Origin: Lama guanicoe
Taxonomy: Eukaryota
Direction of reading: 5' to 3'
Assembly (NCBI GenBank): GCA_013239625.1
Contig: MU053933.1
Span: forward strand, 2,751,026-2,815,025
Length of the DNA stretch: 64,000 nucleotides
The notes below the pieces were generated by a model. The model was not told the origin of the DNA, made no database searches, and saw only the letters and a program-made list of their open reading frames with translations. How positions within the stretch are numbered: the first letter of the stretch is position 1; each line of letters starts with the position of its first letter. The translations under genes were made by a program, and so were the position numbers. Positions 1 to 12,689 of the stretch are shown piece by piece.

Positions 1-807
1 TTAGCCTCAGCTCGTAAAGCGTGGCATCTGCACTAGTGTGAACACCGCAAGTGTAAAACGTGCAGCCTTGTTGAATGAAGGCCCCTGCACCACTGCCGCC
101 GTTTCCCCGAAATCACAGTCTCGTGATGCTCTGTGCTCCTGGCTTAAGCAGGAATTCTCTTAAACTGAGTGTCTGTCCCTCCACGGCACCTGACACAGAA
201 GGAAACAGTTGGCACAGAGAGAAAGTTTTCCCCTCAGCTGCTCAAGGCACCCCGAGACCGGGAAGCCGCCCCTCTGCTGAGGACGCCTGGGAGTGAGACT
301 GGAAGGCCCTCTGGCGCCTGCCACAGGGGGCACTCGGGGCTGCTCCGGGTTTAGCCCCAGCAGCCCCCCTGCCACCAGGTGCTGAGGTGTGCCCGGGGCC
401 CTCGGCCCGGGTGGGGGCAGAGCCTCGGCCACGCTCGCCTCCCCTCGCGGTGGGCCCGGCTGACTGCACACTCAGCCTTCTCCTCGGGGAGGGAGGCGGA
501 CGCTCTCAGAGATGCCGCGGCAGGAGGCCCCCGGTGCTGCTCACATCTGACCGACTCTCAACACACACCTGAGATTAGATGCACACTTTCCAGCCTTTCT
601 AGAACGAACACAGACACACACACACGTGCGTGAGCACCCGCGGTGCCGCCCACCCTGATCTGCTGCCTTGGTCGCATCAGCGCTTTCGCAAACCCAGAGT
701 CTCTCTCCTTAAGCTTTCTCTTCCATCACCAGCAGGTGCACGTGTGCGGTAAACATTTACTTCTGTGGGTTCTTGCAGGTTTCATGACCACAAGCACAGC
801 AGGAGTT

Positions 808-1930
808 TGACTGCGTGTGTAGAAAATCCAAAAGACTCTGCAGACAAATGCTTAGACTAGAAATGAATTTAGCTAAGGCACAGGTGTTTGAGGAGAGGGT
901 GATTAAAATACTCTAAAATCCATCGCGGTGTTGGTGGCGTAATTCTGTGAATGTGCGACAAACATGGACTCTTTGAACAGGTGGATTATGCGGCACGCCA
1001 CGTGTCTCCATAGAGCTCTTATTTTTAAAAGTGAATTTAGCAAGGACACTAGGTACAAAGTAAGTAAACAAATGAAGTCAATCGTATTTATATAGCCCTG
1101 CAACGAACAGAAAATGAGAATTTCTAAACGATGTCATTTTTTTCAGTAGTATTCAGAAACATCAAATATCTAGTAATAAATCTAACAAAATATTCTGAAA
1201 ACTATGAAACGGTTACCCAAGTATTAAGGAAGCCCTCAGTAAGTGAAGATTTATGACATAGATTAAAAGACAAACATTATAAAGATATACAAAACTATAG
1301 ATTCCACTATATCCCAGTTAAAACCCATCAAGTTCTGAGTGTGTGTGTGCACGTGTGTGTATATGTGCGTGCGTATGCAGCACATGTGCCTGGTGGCGCT
1401 GTCACCCAGCTGATTCTAACGTTTACATAAAAATGCAAAGGGACAAGAGTGGTCAAGTTGATCTTGCAGACGACCAGAACGAGGGTCCCCACCACCAGAT
1501 AACAAGACTCAACACAAAGCTCCAGGAGTCAAGATTGGCTGAAAAACAGGTCAGTAAAACGGAGTTCAGCGTCCACAAGCTGACACACACACGTGGGGCA
1601 CCTGATTTATAACAAAATGGGATCGCAGGACAAGAGAAAAGGAAGAGCACTTTAACATGTAGTTCCAGGTTCATTCAACATCCACGTGGAGAATGAAACC
1701 AGTCCCCAGGGGGCCGTGGGCGTCAGTGTGGACGCCGGAATGGCGAGGCCCCGGGTGTCTGCCGTGGCGAGGCGCCTTCGGTGCTGGGGCCCGTCTGGAA
1801 GCAGCACAAGGTCCCCGTCCTTGGGAGGTTTTGTCTGTGGGTGGGAAGCAGCAGAACCGAGCAAAACCAAGCGGACAGAAGGGAGGGCGCGGGAGCCGTG
1901 GTGGGGGGCAGGTGGCCGCAATCACATCAG
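808..1930 (+). mobile_element. Ancient L1 ORF2 fragment, interrupted by an L1M 3' tail (about 885-1028) and a TG tract
   Basis: GTAGAAAATCCAAAAGACTC, TGAATTTAGCAAG and CTGATTCTAACGTTTACATAAAAATGCAAAGGG resemble L1 ORF2. AA(A/G)TGAATTTAGC is duplicated at 861-873 and 1029-1041 around the insert. Confidence 0.7.
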
Positions 1931-2154
1931 TAGCCGAGTGAAGAGTGGTGACAGCTCCGGCGCCAGCGGCCGAGCAGGGCGGCGGCTCGGTGACCGAACG
2001 TCACGCGGCCCTCAAGAGTGCAGGGCTCTCTGTGTCGGACTTGGGCAGAAACCACGTGTGGGTGGTGCTTGGGCGTGCCTCGGCAGAGCTAAGCGGGCGG
2101 CAGGCTTCACACAGGCCCACGGCCTTCGAGGCGGTGAGGGAGGCGGGGGGGCCG

Positions 2155-2180
2155 CGGGCTCACGGGCTCACGGGCTCACG
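2155..2180. repeat. Short tandem repeat (CGGGCTCA)x3
   Basis: Direct reading of the sequence. Confidence 0.9.
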
Positions 2181-3021
2181 TGGGGTCAGCACAACCCTCC
2201 TCTGAACCACTCCCGCTCAGCACTGCGTGGGAGGGCGTTTCTAATTCAGCCACAGGGATGACCTGGGAACTGGAGTGAAGCTCGAGGGTCCTGAGCGACG
2301 CTGTCGGTGGCCTGGGGGCCTTCGCCCGGGTGAACATGCCTTCCCCCCAGCACTCCCCAGCCCGGAGAGGCTTCCGGGCGTCTGCAGCTCGGCCTGGGGG
2401 GCGTCCGGCTCACTGTCAATTCGTTAGAGGGAGTTTGGATTTAGATGCAGATGAGAAAAGTTGGGCTCATATCAGAGCAAAGTAAGGCCCCTTGTGGTCA
2501 GTGACTGGTCAGCTGGTCTGACCAGTGACCTCAGGGCCGCACGCACCCACACCATGCCGGGTGCTGGGAGAGGCGGGGTGCTGAGACCCAAGCTTCCCTT
2601 AGGAACCACCCGCTTAGCTGAGGTCAGCGCACAGGCTCAGGCTGGGCTCTGTATTTCCTGGATTTCTGTCTCCTGTGGACCCCACAAGGCGGTCAGTCAC
2701 CGGGTGCTGGCTAAACAGAACACCATGGGGAAGCAAGTCCCAGCAGAGGCCCCGACCCCTTCTGATGACAGCGGGGGCCGAGGTGAGGCAGCGTCCAGCC
2801 ACGTCCGGGGCAGGGACCTCTCAGACGCTCCACGCCGTCTCATGAGGCCGTGGCCCTGCCAGGCGAGCTGCCTTCTGGCCAGAAAGCCGAGTTAAACTGA
2901 GTAAGCCTTGGTTGATAGATTCGCCTTTGGAATCAGGTAAACATAAAATTCAGTTACAAAATAAAAAGTAAACAAAAGCAAGAAACAAGCAATCCCTGAA
3001 ATCCAAAACAGATGAAATCTA

Positions 3022-3481
3022 CTCAGCCACGAAGACCGACAACATGACGCCACTGCAGCAACACGGGTGCTCCTGGAGGTCGTCATTCCAAGTGAAGTCA
3101 GCCAGAAGGAGGAAGAAAAACACCACATGAGATCGCTCATATGTGGAATCTAAAAACAAACAAACAAATAAAAAAAAGCATAAATGCAGAACAGAAATAG
3201 ACTCATAGGCATAGAATACAGCCTTGTGGTTGCCAAGGGGCGGGGGATGGGAAGGGATAGACGGGATTTCAAAATTGGAGACTAGATAAGCAAGGTTACA
3301 CTGTACAGCACAGGGAAATATACACAAGATCTTACGGTAGCTCACGGAGAAAAAAATGTGACCATGAATATACACATGTTCACTTACAACTGAAAAATTG
3401 TGCTCTACACTGGAATTTGACACAACATTGTAAAATGACTATAAATCAATAAAAAATGTTAGAAACAAACAAACAAAAAAC
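3022..3481 (+). mobile_element. Younger L1 3' end (end of ORF2, 3'UTR, A-rich tail), 5'-truncated
   Basis: AAGTGAAGTCAGCCAGA..., CTCATATGTGGAATCTAAAAA, CTGTACAGCACAGGGAA, AATAAA and tail. Degenerate TSD (14/17) at 3005-3021 and 3482-3498. Confidence 0.88.
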
Positions 3482-3499
3482 AAAGCAGATAAAATGTAT

Positions 3500-4256
3500 A
3501 TCATATCGGCAGCTTAATCACACAGAGAATAACTTCAACTGAACTTCAAACACAAAGACTTGGATTAAACACCGTGAACGGCACGTCAGGAGGATAAAAG
3601 GAGCCACACAAAATATTAAACCGCCTTTGTAATCTGATCATTGGCAGTAATTCTGGTATTACTCACTTTAAATTACAAAAATACAGTTTCAAAGAAAGCA
3701 TGTACGAATAAAAACCAAAAATATTATGTTGATGCCGTTAGGGACCAAGATAACAGGATCAGAGAAAAACAGGTACAAATATAAAACCAAAGAGACTGCA
3801 AAAACTCTTGCACTGGACTTGAAGGTATTGGTGGAAACACTTGGACTCATGCTGTTTCCTCTCATAAGAGTTAAGTCTTGTTGTTGTGCCGCCGGTGGCG
3901 GGGAGGCGAGGGCTGCCGGGCTGAGGTCCCCAGGCCCCAGGCCGCCGCCTCCAGCCATCCCTTCCCCCAAGAGCCGGGGCTCCCCGGGGGAAGCGCCCAG
4001 CGCGCCCTGCCTGCAAGCGCGCTGTTCTCCGCCCCACACCCAGCGGGTCGCTGCAGGGATGAGGCGTCCCCGAAATGACCCCACCCTGGCTGAGGCGGGG
4101 GCAGGGACAAGTTGGCTTCAGATACACCCATGACAGCGATGGGCTGCGAAACATCAAATGGTTTTAAAGCTGTAAGAATCGCCCTTGCGCCTGGGAAGCT
4201 GTCGGGGCAGGAGAGGCCGAGGACCGGCCAGCAGGAGAGGGAGGGCCGGTCAGTGG
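3500..4256 (+). mobile_element. Ancient L1MC/L1MD-like 3'UTR fragment, second half GC-eroded
   Basis: GTTAGGGACCAAGAT...AGAGAAAAACAGGTACAAATATAAAACCAAAGA and GAGCCGGGGCTCCCCGGGGGAAG resemble the recalled L1MC 3' consensus. Confidence 0.55.
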
Positions 4257-4714
4257 TGTGGCTGAAACAACGCGCAGCCTGAGAGCTGAGGGGCACGTCT
4301 GGCTCGGCGGGCATTCCTGAGGACTCGATTCCCTTCAAGCCGGGGTGACCGCCTCCCAGGTGGCTCTGAGGGGCGGCTCCCGAGGGGCAGGGGAGGAGCC
4401 GCGTGTACAGGAGCTTCACAGCAAAGGCTGGGGGCTCAGAGCATCGAGATCACTGTTACCTGAAGAAAACCAGGCCTCTCAGGTTTAAGACTAACGCGCT
4501 TTTCTATGTGTGTGTATTTGGGCTCGTGACTCCATCCCTGTGACAAGCACCGAGCTGTCTAGGGCCAGCATTCTGTGTCCCCTCAGAGGCCACCACTGTG
4601 AGTGGCTGCAGAGGCCGGGCTGCAGGCTGGTCCTCACGGTGGGGGGGCAGCTGATGACTTGATGGCTTCAGCGTTCTTTGTTTACCGACACGGTTTGCAG
4701 TGTTTCCGTTCACA
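4257..4714 (-). mobile_element. ERV1 solo LTR, MER41-like (artiodactyl), copy 1
   Basis: TGT...ACA termini and 4-bp flanks GTGG/GTAG. Colinear with 12690-13157 (shared GACAAGCACC, GCTGTCTAGGGCCAG, GTGAGTGGCTGCAGAGGCCGGGCTGCAGGC, TTCTTTGTTTAC, CGTTCACA). Confidence 0.8.
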
Positions 4715-5794
4715 GTAGTTTGCCCTGGTTTCCTCCAGGAGCTGGCTTCACAGCTTTGTGGCTGCGGGAGAAAGTTCTTCTTAGAACATGTCCAGCAAAC
4801 AGGTTGGGAAGGACTGATGGGAAGAGAAGCTCACGCTCCGGGCCCCTGGCAGGAGGGGCGGGAGGGGGCTGAAGCCTCTGGGTGGAGTCGGGGGTGCCGT
4901 GTGACTCAGGCTGAGGGCAAACGCACCAGCGCCCCCAGATGCAGCAGCCCCGCCGCCTGTTGACCCAAGTCTGATCAGGACCCTAGACCTACCCCTGCCC
5001 CAGTTTCAGGAAGTGCAGGGACTGGGGGAGTTGCGGGACGTGCTGGGGTCGGCAGGCCACAGTGACCAAACCCCGAGCGGGGCTCCCACAAGGGACGGAA
5101 GGGGCCGGGGTTACAGAGGTGGTGTCAGCCAAGTGCCAGGAGGGCCCTGGCGGGGCCCGAGCCCACAGGAACAAGCGCAGCGAACCGCTGAGGAGCAGCC
5201 AGGGCGGCGAGGGCGGCCGTGCCCCGACGGTGGCTTCACCGCGGGCCTAAAGGAGCGCGCTCGCCTGGTCCCGGGACGCAGGCAGCTGCGGCGCAGGGAC
5301 AGGGCGTCTCCGATTTGACTGAGAACCCGCCACAAGAGGACACACGTGGGGTTCCTCTTCCTAATAAAAGCCTTGAAGATTATGGAAGAGGGATTAAAAG
5401 CAGGACCTTAACGAAGAAAGTGGAGGAAATGACGTTGCTGATCAAACTGGGGGAGGCTTGCCCAGTCGCTCGGATTACAAGCCATGTTTGCTGGTGACGT
5501 GTAGCTCAAGAAGCAAAGGGGGGCGCGGGGTCCTGGATCCTGGGGGCCGACACTTGGGGCCAGAGGGCGTCTGCAAACCCCCTTCTGGAAGGCTGCCCAC
5601 CCCTCGGACGGGAAGTCCAGGGGCCTCTGCAGGAGCGCCCAGCCCTCCTCCAGCTTCCCCTGGAGGCACCTTCAGACCCCAGACATCACCTCATCAGCCT
5701 CCCAGGAAGTTTGGACCAGGGGCAGGGCAGAGACTGCGGCGAAGGCCCTGTGTGCAGGGCCAGACAGTCACGCGCCCACCTCTTATCTCCTTTC

Positions 5795-5940
5795 CACTGT
5801 GCGCCTTTGGGCAAATCTTGACCTCTCTGGCCTCAAAGTCCTCATCTGTAAAATGGGTGTCCGGATGCACCCAGGACCCTCCTCACAGCAGGACACTTGA
5901 GGCGTAAACGGGAGTGTTTCCTGGCACACAGCACCTGGTC
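5795..5940 (+). mobile_element. MIR fragment
   Basis: CTTTGGGCAAATCTTGACCTCTCTGGCCTCAAAGTCCTCATCTGTAAAATGGG is the MIR core. Confidence 0.75.
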
Positions 5941-7810
5941 TGTGGTCACGTGGGCCCAACATGGACTCTGACATGTGAACTTGGGGTCTGGCAGCAAGGA
6001 CGCACCTGGGGCAGCTCGGTGGAGCCTGCTAAGCACCTGCCATATGCAGATGTAGGTTAAGGGAGACCCCAGGCGAGCTTCCCCCGACCTGCGTCCAGTG
6101 GGAAGAGACCCACGGCAAGGTCCTGGTGGGGACAACGTTTCCAGCCCCCTCCTCCCACTCCTCCAGAACACTGATCGCAGCTGGAGACAACGCCGCTTGG
6201 TTACCCATAAACAGGTAACTGCTAGAAAAATCACGGAATTTAAGAGGAGAGCTTTATTAGACACGAGGCGGCAGGAAGCCAGGGGTGGGAGCAGAGACCT
6301 CAGATCCAAGCCCGGAGTGGAGAGGGGCTGGTGACCCGATGGAAACACGGGGTGAACTGGGCCTTCTCTGCTCATGCTGGGCGGGGCGCACGGCTTGCTG
6401 TGGCCTCTGATACTGGGGGCAGTGGGACTGGACGGATAACCTGTCCCAGAGGAGCCACCCTCCCCCCGGTTCTGGGGCTCCTCTCTGGCTCCAGTGGACA
6501 AGACCCTGCCAGGAAGGGAGGGCCTCCAGCTGGGGGAGCGGAAAGTTTTCCTGAAAAGACGAGACCCCAGTGAGCTGAGAAGGCGGCAGCGGGGCGGGGG
6601 GGGCCCTCCTCCCTTGCAGAAAGGCTGCTGCTGAGAAACAAGAGTGGCTCGGCCCACTTCCCTGCAAGCTGGTGGGAGGCCCCAGCCCGACGTGCGGGTC
6701 CCGAGGCTCCTGGGTCAGCAGAACCCGGTCTCCCCACCTCCTACCCGCCCACCCGCAGCACTGGGGACACGAGGGTGGGGCCCCCTCTTCCCTGGCCCAG
6801 GAGGCAGAGTGGGGAGCCCTGCTTTAGGGGTGCATCTGGTCTGTGTGTGGCCTTAAAGGCCAGCTGTCCTCTGCACCCGCCCCCTCAGGTGCCCTGGGGT
6901 TAACATGGGCCCACGGTTTCCAGGGAAAGGAGGGTCCAGCCGCAGCGTGCACCCCACCCTTCCTGCGGGGGTGGGGGCCTGGTCTGCCTCTCCCAGGACC
7001 GCTTCCTTCCTCCCACACCGCGACCCGGGTGCAGCCCTGGACGCTCTGACCCTCTTTCCATACGTTGGGAAGCTCACGCCCCGGCCTGCTGGGCGGCATC
7101 TGGGACCCATTTCCTGCTGGTCCCACACCACATGCCCTGGGCCAAGGCCAGCTGGCTGGCCTGGGGCAGCCCCTCGTCACAGTCAGCCCCCCGGCCACCT
7201 GTCTGGACACCGCCCGAGGCCAGGGCCGGCCTTCTCTCCAGAGTGGCTGCAGGTGTGCTGGGGGCCTGCGGGCCTTACGGGGCCTCAGACTCCAGAGGCC
7301 TAAGTGAACCAGGCTGGCGGAGGATGTGCCAGAAATAAGAACCCCAGAAAGCGGGGGAGAAGAGGCCCGGCCCCCAGAGCCCGGCCAGCCATCCAGACCC
7401 CACACCCTGGCCCTGCCGTCCAGCTCCCAGACCCCTCGGGCTCCTCCCTCCGCTGGGCTCTCCCGCCGGCCCCCCTCACCTGCCTCCTCTGGCTCCAGGC
7501 TTCCCAGCGCCGTCCTGGCACCAGGCGGTCCCTCAGCAACAGCATCGCAACCCTGGCCATGGGGCCCACCATCCACAGCCTTGGTGGGTGACTCGCTGCC
7601 CATCCAGGTGCCCACAGCCAGGGTCATAGGACCTGTCCCCCTGACCTAGGCAGCCCGTTGGTAAGTCACCCCCAGGAGGGGAGGGGGCTGGGCAGAGGCT
7701 GCTAATGGCCCTGGGGCAGGGGCACCTTAAGAGGAAGGCCACTTGCCCAGCCTCCTGGGTTCCCCACACCATCCTGTCCCTGCACAGAGCCCAGTTTCTT
7801 CCCCTGTGTC

Positions 7811-7945
7811 TTTTTTTGTTTTGTTTTGTTTATTTGTTTGTTTTAGGAGGTAATTAGGTTTATTTATTTACTTATTTATTTTAATGGAGGTGCTGGGGGT
7901 TGAACCCAGGACCTCGTGCATGCTGAGCGTGCCCTGCTGCCCCCC
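7811..7945 (-). mobile_element. Vic-1-type SINE, 5'-truncated or deleted
   Basis: GGAGGTAATTAGGTTTATTTATTT...GGAGGTGCTGGGGGTTGAACCCAGGACCTCGTGCATGCT matches the other two copies; T-rich tail. Confidence 0.85.
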
Positions 7946-8009
7946 ACTGTGTCCTTGATACACAGAGTCGCGTGATTCACACCCAGAGACATGCACACAT
8001 GTACACAGT

Positions 8010-8773
8010 CATGGGCTGGGTTGTGCCCCCCCAATTCACATGGTGAATTCCTGACCCCCAGAACCTCAATCTGACCTCAGGCAGCCAGAACGAGCACCAG
8101 AGACGGGGAACTCAAACAACAGACATTCATTCTCTCATGGTCTTGGAGGGTGAAGTCTGAGGTTCGGGTGTCACAGGGCTGGTCTCTCCCAGACGTGTAG
8201 ACGGTCGTCCCCTCCCTGTGTCCTCACGTGCTTGTCCCCCTGTGTGTCTGCTTCCTAATCTCCTCTTTGCACAACGATGCCATTCATACGAGAACAGGGC
8301 CCTCTCCAGTGACCTAATTTTACCTTAACTACCTCCTTAAAGACCCAGTCTCCAAATGAGGCCACATTCTGAGCCGCTGGGCGTCAGGGCTTCAACATGT
8401 GAATTTGGGAGACCACAGTTCAGCCCATAAAGAGATAAGCAAGTTAAGATGAAGTCAAGAGGGGGGACCTAGTCCAGTATGATCGTGCTCCTATAAAAAG
8501 GAGAGGTTTGGATGCGGACACACCTGGGAGAATGCCGCGTGAAGATGAAGACGGAGATCAGGTGATGTTTCCACAAGCCGAGGAGCCCCGAGGATTTGCC
8601 AGAACCCGTGAGAGAGGCCTGGAGCAGGTTCTCCCTCTAATTCTCCCCCCGCAACAGGAAGCAGATGCTTTGATCTTCGACTTCTAGCCCCCGGGGTTGT
8701 GAGAGTATACATTTCTGTCATTTAAGCTGCCCTAGTGTGTAGCACTTTCTTACAGCAGCTCTAGCGAACTGAC
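8010..8773 (+). mobile_element. MLT1B-like MaLR LTR split by a second MLT1 insertion
   Basis: 5' part 8010-8070 (CCCCCCAATTCACATGGTGAA...CCCCAGAACCTCA). Resumes at about 8431 (AAGTTAAGATGAAGTCA...) and ends TTTAAGCTGCCCTAGTGTGTAGCACTTTCTTACAGCAGCTCTAGCGAACTGACAC. Confidence 0.78.
8075..8430 (-). mobile_element. MLT1A-like LTR nested in opposite orientation
   Basis: AAACAACAGACATTCATTCTCTCATGGTCTTGGAGG, GGGCTTCAACATGTGAATTTGGG, ACAGTTCAGCCCATAA terminus. Confidence 0.8.
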
Positions 8774-8900
8774 ACGCACACAGGAGCACATGCATGCACA
8801 TGTGGTCGGGTACACACATGCACACAGGCAGGTGCACATGTAAAAGACAGGTGCACATGCATACAGGAACGCACATGTGCATACACACAGGTACACGTGT
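8774..8900. repeat. Degenerate (CA/TG/CG) alternating purine-pyrimidine tract
   Basis: GCACATGCATGCACATGTG...ACACATGCACAC...GTACACGTGT. Similar tracts at 1339-1388, 16837-16913, 35003-35045 and 57340-57418. Confidence 0.8.
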
Positions 8901-10310
8901 CAGAACTCATGGGATGCAACCAAAGAAGTGCTTTGAGGGAAATTCATAGCTTTAAAATGCTTATACTAGACATAAACAAGAAGCCTTAATTACCTAAGTT
9001 TTCACCATTAGGAACTAGGAAAAAACAAGCAAATTAAATGCAAAAAGTTAAATAATAAAAATAAGAGTAGAAAATAATAAAATAAAAAGCACACAGTAGG
9101 AAAAAATGAACAAAGCAAAAATTGGTTCTTTGAAAATTATAATTGATAACTTTAGCAAGATTGTTTAAAAAACAGGCGATAGAAATTGAGGCTGAGAGAA
9201 GGGTATCAGTGCAGGTCCTTCAGTAACAAAAGGAGAAGAAACGTTATGAGCAGCTTTATGTCAAGAAATTCCACAACTTAGGCGACACAAATGCCCGAAA
9301 AATGCAACTTAGAAAATAGGAACAGCCCTACGATTATCTCTAAAATTTAAACTCATCATCAAAATTATTTCTACAAAGAAGACTGCGCGCCCGGGTGGCT
9401 TCACTGTGAGTTTTATCAGCATTTAGGGAGGATACAAAAGAAACAGACTTGCAGACGTAGTAAACAATCGTATGGTCACCGGGGAGAGGGGGCGGGAAGG
9501 GATACATTTGGGAGTTGGAGATTTGCAAACATTAACCACTGTATATAAAGACAGATTAAAAAAACAAACTTCTCCTGTACAGCACAGGGAACTATATTCA
9601 GTATCTCATAATAACATTAAATGAAAAAGAATGAAAACAGATATATGTATGTATGTGTGTGACTGGGACACTGCTGTACACCAGAAATCGACACATTGTA
9701 ACTATGTCTCAATCTGAAAAAAACGATTTAGGGAGGAAGTATCACCAATCGTACACAGACTCACTCAGAGAGTAGAAGAGGGAGCAGCTCCCAGCCCGGT
9801 CCACGAGGCTGACCCGACCCCGACAGAGCACACTGTAAGGGAAGAGGCACAGAGATTGGTAACATCCATGAACGTGGATACAAAACAGCGAGCAAAACGT
9901 TAGCAGACCAGATCCCATGATCTACGTAAGACGGAATCCCCTCCTGTGGTCGAGCGTGGCTCAGCCCAAGAACGCAAGGTTGGTTTACGACGCGAAACCA
10001 GCCAGTGGAGTTCACCGTACCAGCAGAACAAAGGAGAGCACGTGACACCTGAACAAACGCAGAAAAGCCGTTGCGCAGAAGTGTGACACCCACTGATGAC
10101 AAAAGCTCTCTGAGGACCAAGACTACAAGGAAACTTCCCCTCCGACACGGGCCACCCGTGAATCCCCTACAGCTAAAGTCCCGCTTAGTGGTGGGTACAC
10201 GTGTAGTGGGACGTTTACCCCGAAGTCCAGGAGCAGGCACCGCTGTCTGCTCTGGCCATGTGATTCCCCACGAAGCGCTGGAAATTTCAGGCAACGCAGT
10301 AAGCGAGACA
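8900..10310 (+). mobile_element. Ancient L1 ORF2 fragment (post-endonuclease to RT), interrupted at 9433-9725
   Basis: Degenerate peptides QNSWDATKEVL*GKFIA (8901; L1 QNLWDAAKAVLRGKFIA), SMNVDTK (LMNIDAK), PRTQGWF (PGMQGWF) and NAEKPL (DAEKAF). Confidence 0.85.
9433..9725 (+). mobile_element. Younger L1 3'UTR insertion with exact 12-bp TSD
   Basis: CTGTACAGCACAGGGAACTATATTCAGTATCT, TGCTGTACACCAGAAAT and an A tail. ATTTAGGGAGGA at 9421-9432 and 9726-9737. Confidence 0.9.
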
Positions 10311-11869
10311 GAGGATCAGGGGTGCCGCCCGGGGGGTGCAGCTGGGCCTGTGGGACGCTCTCGCACCCAGCCAGCCCTCTGCTCCCAGCCCGGGGACTGC
10401 AGACAGCAAGTCTCCTTCGCCCACCGGCTCGGCCTGCACTCAGCCAGCAGCAGGCACTTTGGCTCCGCGGTCCTGAGGGACAGGAGTGCGACAGCCAGAT
10501 TCAGCGTGTGCTCCTGGCCAGACCCGCTCTGGGGAGGGACACTGGGGAGACCCTCAGCAAAGCTGAATGTGGACGCTCAGCGCGACGGGCGTGTTCCACC
10601 ACCCGGCGGCCGCGGTAAGGGTCATGGCGGAATGTCTGTGCTCCCAGGAGAGGCCCAAGGAGGCATCTAGGAGCGAAGAGCGTGGAGTCTCCCACCCGCT
10701 CTACACTGGTTCTGAAAACACATTAGAGAGAGAGGGGGAGAGTGATGAAGAAATGTGAGAAAATGTAGAACATCACTGAGCCGAGGCTACCCAGAAATCT
10801 CCCTTTCTTGCCACGATCCTCATTTTTTTTTTTCAGTGTGAAATTATTTCAGGATACACTAATGAAAAGAAGAGCCGCTGTGTCCTGGACAAAATCTGCG
10901 TCTTTCTAGGAAGAGGCCGTCCGTCCGCCCGGCACGGCCAGGGTGAGTGCGGCTCTGGCCCCGTGTTCACGAGGCCGTTCTGCTGTCAAACCCGCTGAGG
11001 CTGCACATTCTCAAAGCCGACCTTAGGTCCCGGAGCTGCATTTTTTTCCAATCCAATGTTCTTTCACAGAGAAAGAATGTTCAGTTTCTTGCATTTGGTC
11101 TCAAGTTAATGATGCTTTCCGGGTGTGCACTCCCAGGGCTGCACACTCAGTTCTTCCCAGAGTTCAGATCACGTACCCACCGGACACACATGCCGGGCGC
11201 TCGCTGGGCGCAGAGACGTCCTGGGTCACACGGAGGAGCTCGCTATCCCTGTGGCAACTACGGGCAGTGGGGGGAGAGCCTTGGTTTATCTCCTGTCTAA
11301 CACAGAAAGAATCGTCTGATCATCTGCTATCTTGTGGCTGCCAAAACTTTCAATCTGTTCTGCAAACAGCACTGGTAGAGGGGAAGCTCAACACGCAGTC
11401 ACAGACACGGACCGTTCCAGCTGAACGAGGAAGCGGCCTGAGCACCTCGTGGCTCCTGGCCCCTCTCCCAAGCCCTCTCCCCGGGAGCGGGGCCCAGGCG
11501 CCAGCCGCAGGCCACCCCGGACTCCAGGAGCTGGCACATGCAGCCCGAAGCTGAGGCTCCAGAGGGAGGAGACAGTGGTCCCTGAGCTGTCAGCACTCTG
11601 AGTGGCCCGTCTCCTCGCCGTGCGCGTTATGGGCACCCGTGAGCCCCTCCCGCTGGTAGATCTGACCAGTGATGACAACAACTGTCCCAGGGCCACTTCT
11701 GCATCACTCCTGAGCAGGGCAAGGACCCGGATTCACAACCATTGCAACAGAGCTTCAGAAGTTGGTGCGGGGAGAGCCTGGGGTCCCCTCATCACTCACG
11801 GCTACTGAATTCTGGGTGGAAATCCGGTGAGGCCCTAGTTAGCACTCTCCAGTGCAGATTCTAGTGCGA

Positions 11870-11975
11870 ACTCTCAGTCCTCCCAGCGACCCCACGGTAG
11901 GGGCTGTCGTCCCCGTTAGACAGAGGAGGAAGCTGAGGCACAGGGAGGCCACACGGCCGGGAGGCCCAGCCTGGA
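11870..11975 (-). mobile_element. MIR fragment
   Basis: GTCCCCGTTAGACAGAGGAGGAAGCTGAGGCACAGGGAGG resembles MIR ATCCCCATTTTACAGATGAGGAAACTGAGGCACAGAGAGG. Confidence 0.65.
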
Positions 11976-12689
11976 CTTGGGGCCCCGCCTCAGCAGGCCT
12001 CCAGCTGCCCAGGAGGCTTCAAAGGACCCTCCAGGAGAGGGTGCGAGGGGCCCTGGCTGTCAGGGGAGGGATGGGGAGCTGACCTCCACTGAGAGGAAGG
12101 GCTGGTGTCCTGCAGCAGGGCCTGAACCCGGGCCAGCTCTGCAGACCCAGGAAGGCGCGCCGGGCTGGGTGCAGAGAGCAGACAGCTGTGCGGACGGGCT
12201 GGGGGCAGGCACAGTGCTTGGAGGCAGCCTGGCGCCGGAGGCCAAACCGCAGCGAGTCCAGGCCCCGGGGGAGGCGGCACCACCCAGCCGCCATCGTGCC
12301 AGACCCGGCTCACACTCAACAGCCTCATCATGAGCTCAGGAACAGGCGAGGCACAGTATGTGGGCCCAACGAACGGAGGCTTTCACACTGTTGTGAGCTT
12401 TACGAGAGGATTTCAGGCAGCGGAGGCTTTGCCCGCGTGGAGGATGAGCGGTGGAAGGTTCCCTGGGTTCAGCCGTGTTACGGAAGGCCTGTGGGAGGCA
12501 GCCGTGAGGCCCTGAGAGACCCTGGACCCAGGCCCCCCTGCCCGGCCTCCTGGGCCCCGCCTCTGTGTCCTTGCAAGCGACAAGGACTCAAGAACCGGTG
12601 ACGGCTCTGCTGACGGGAGGAGGAGGTTACCAGGCGCGGCTCTGGGTGGGGTCGAGGCCCCTCTCTCGGGGGGGGGGTGACGTTCCCGG

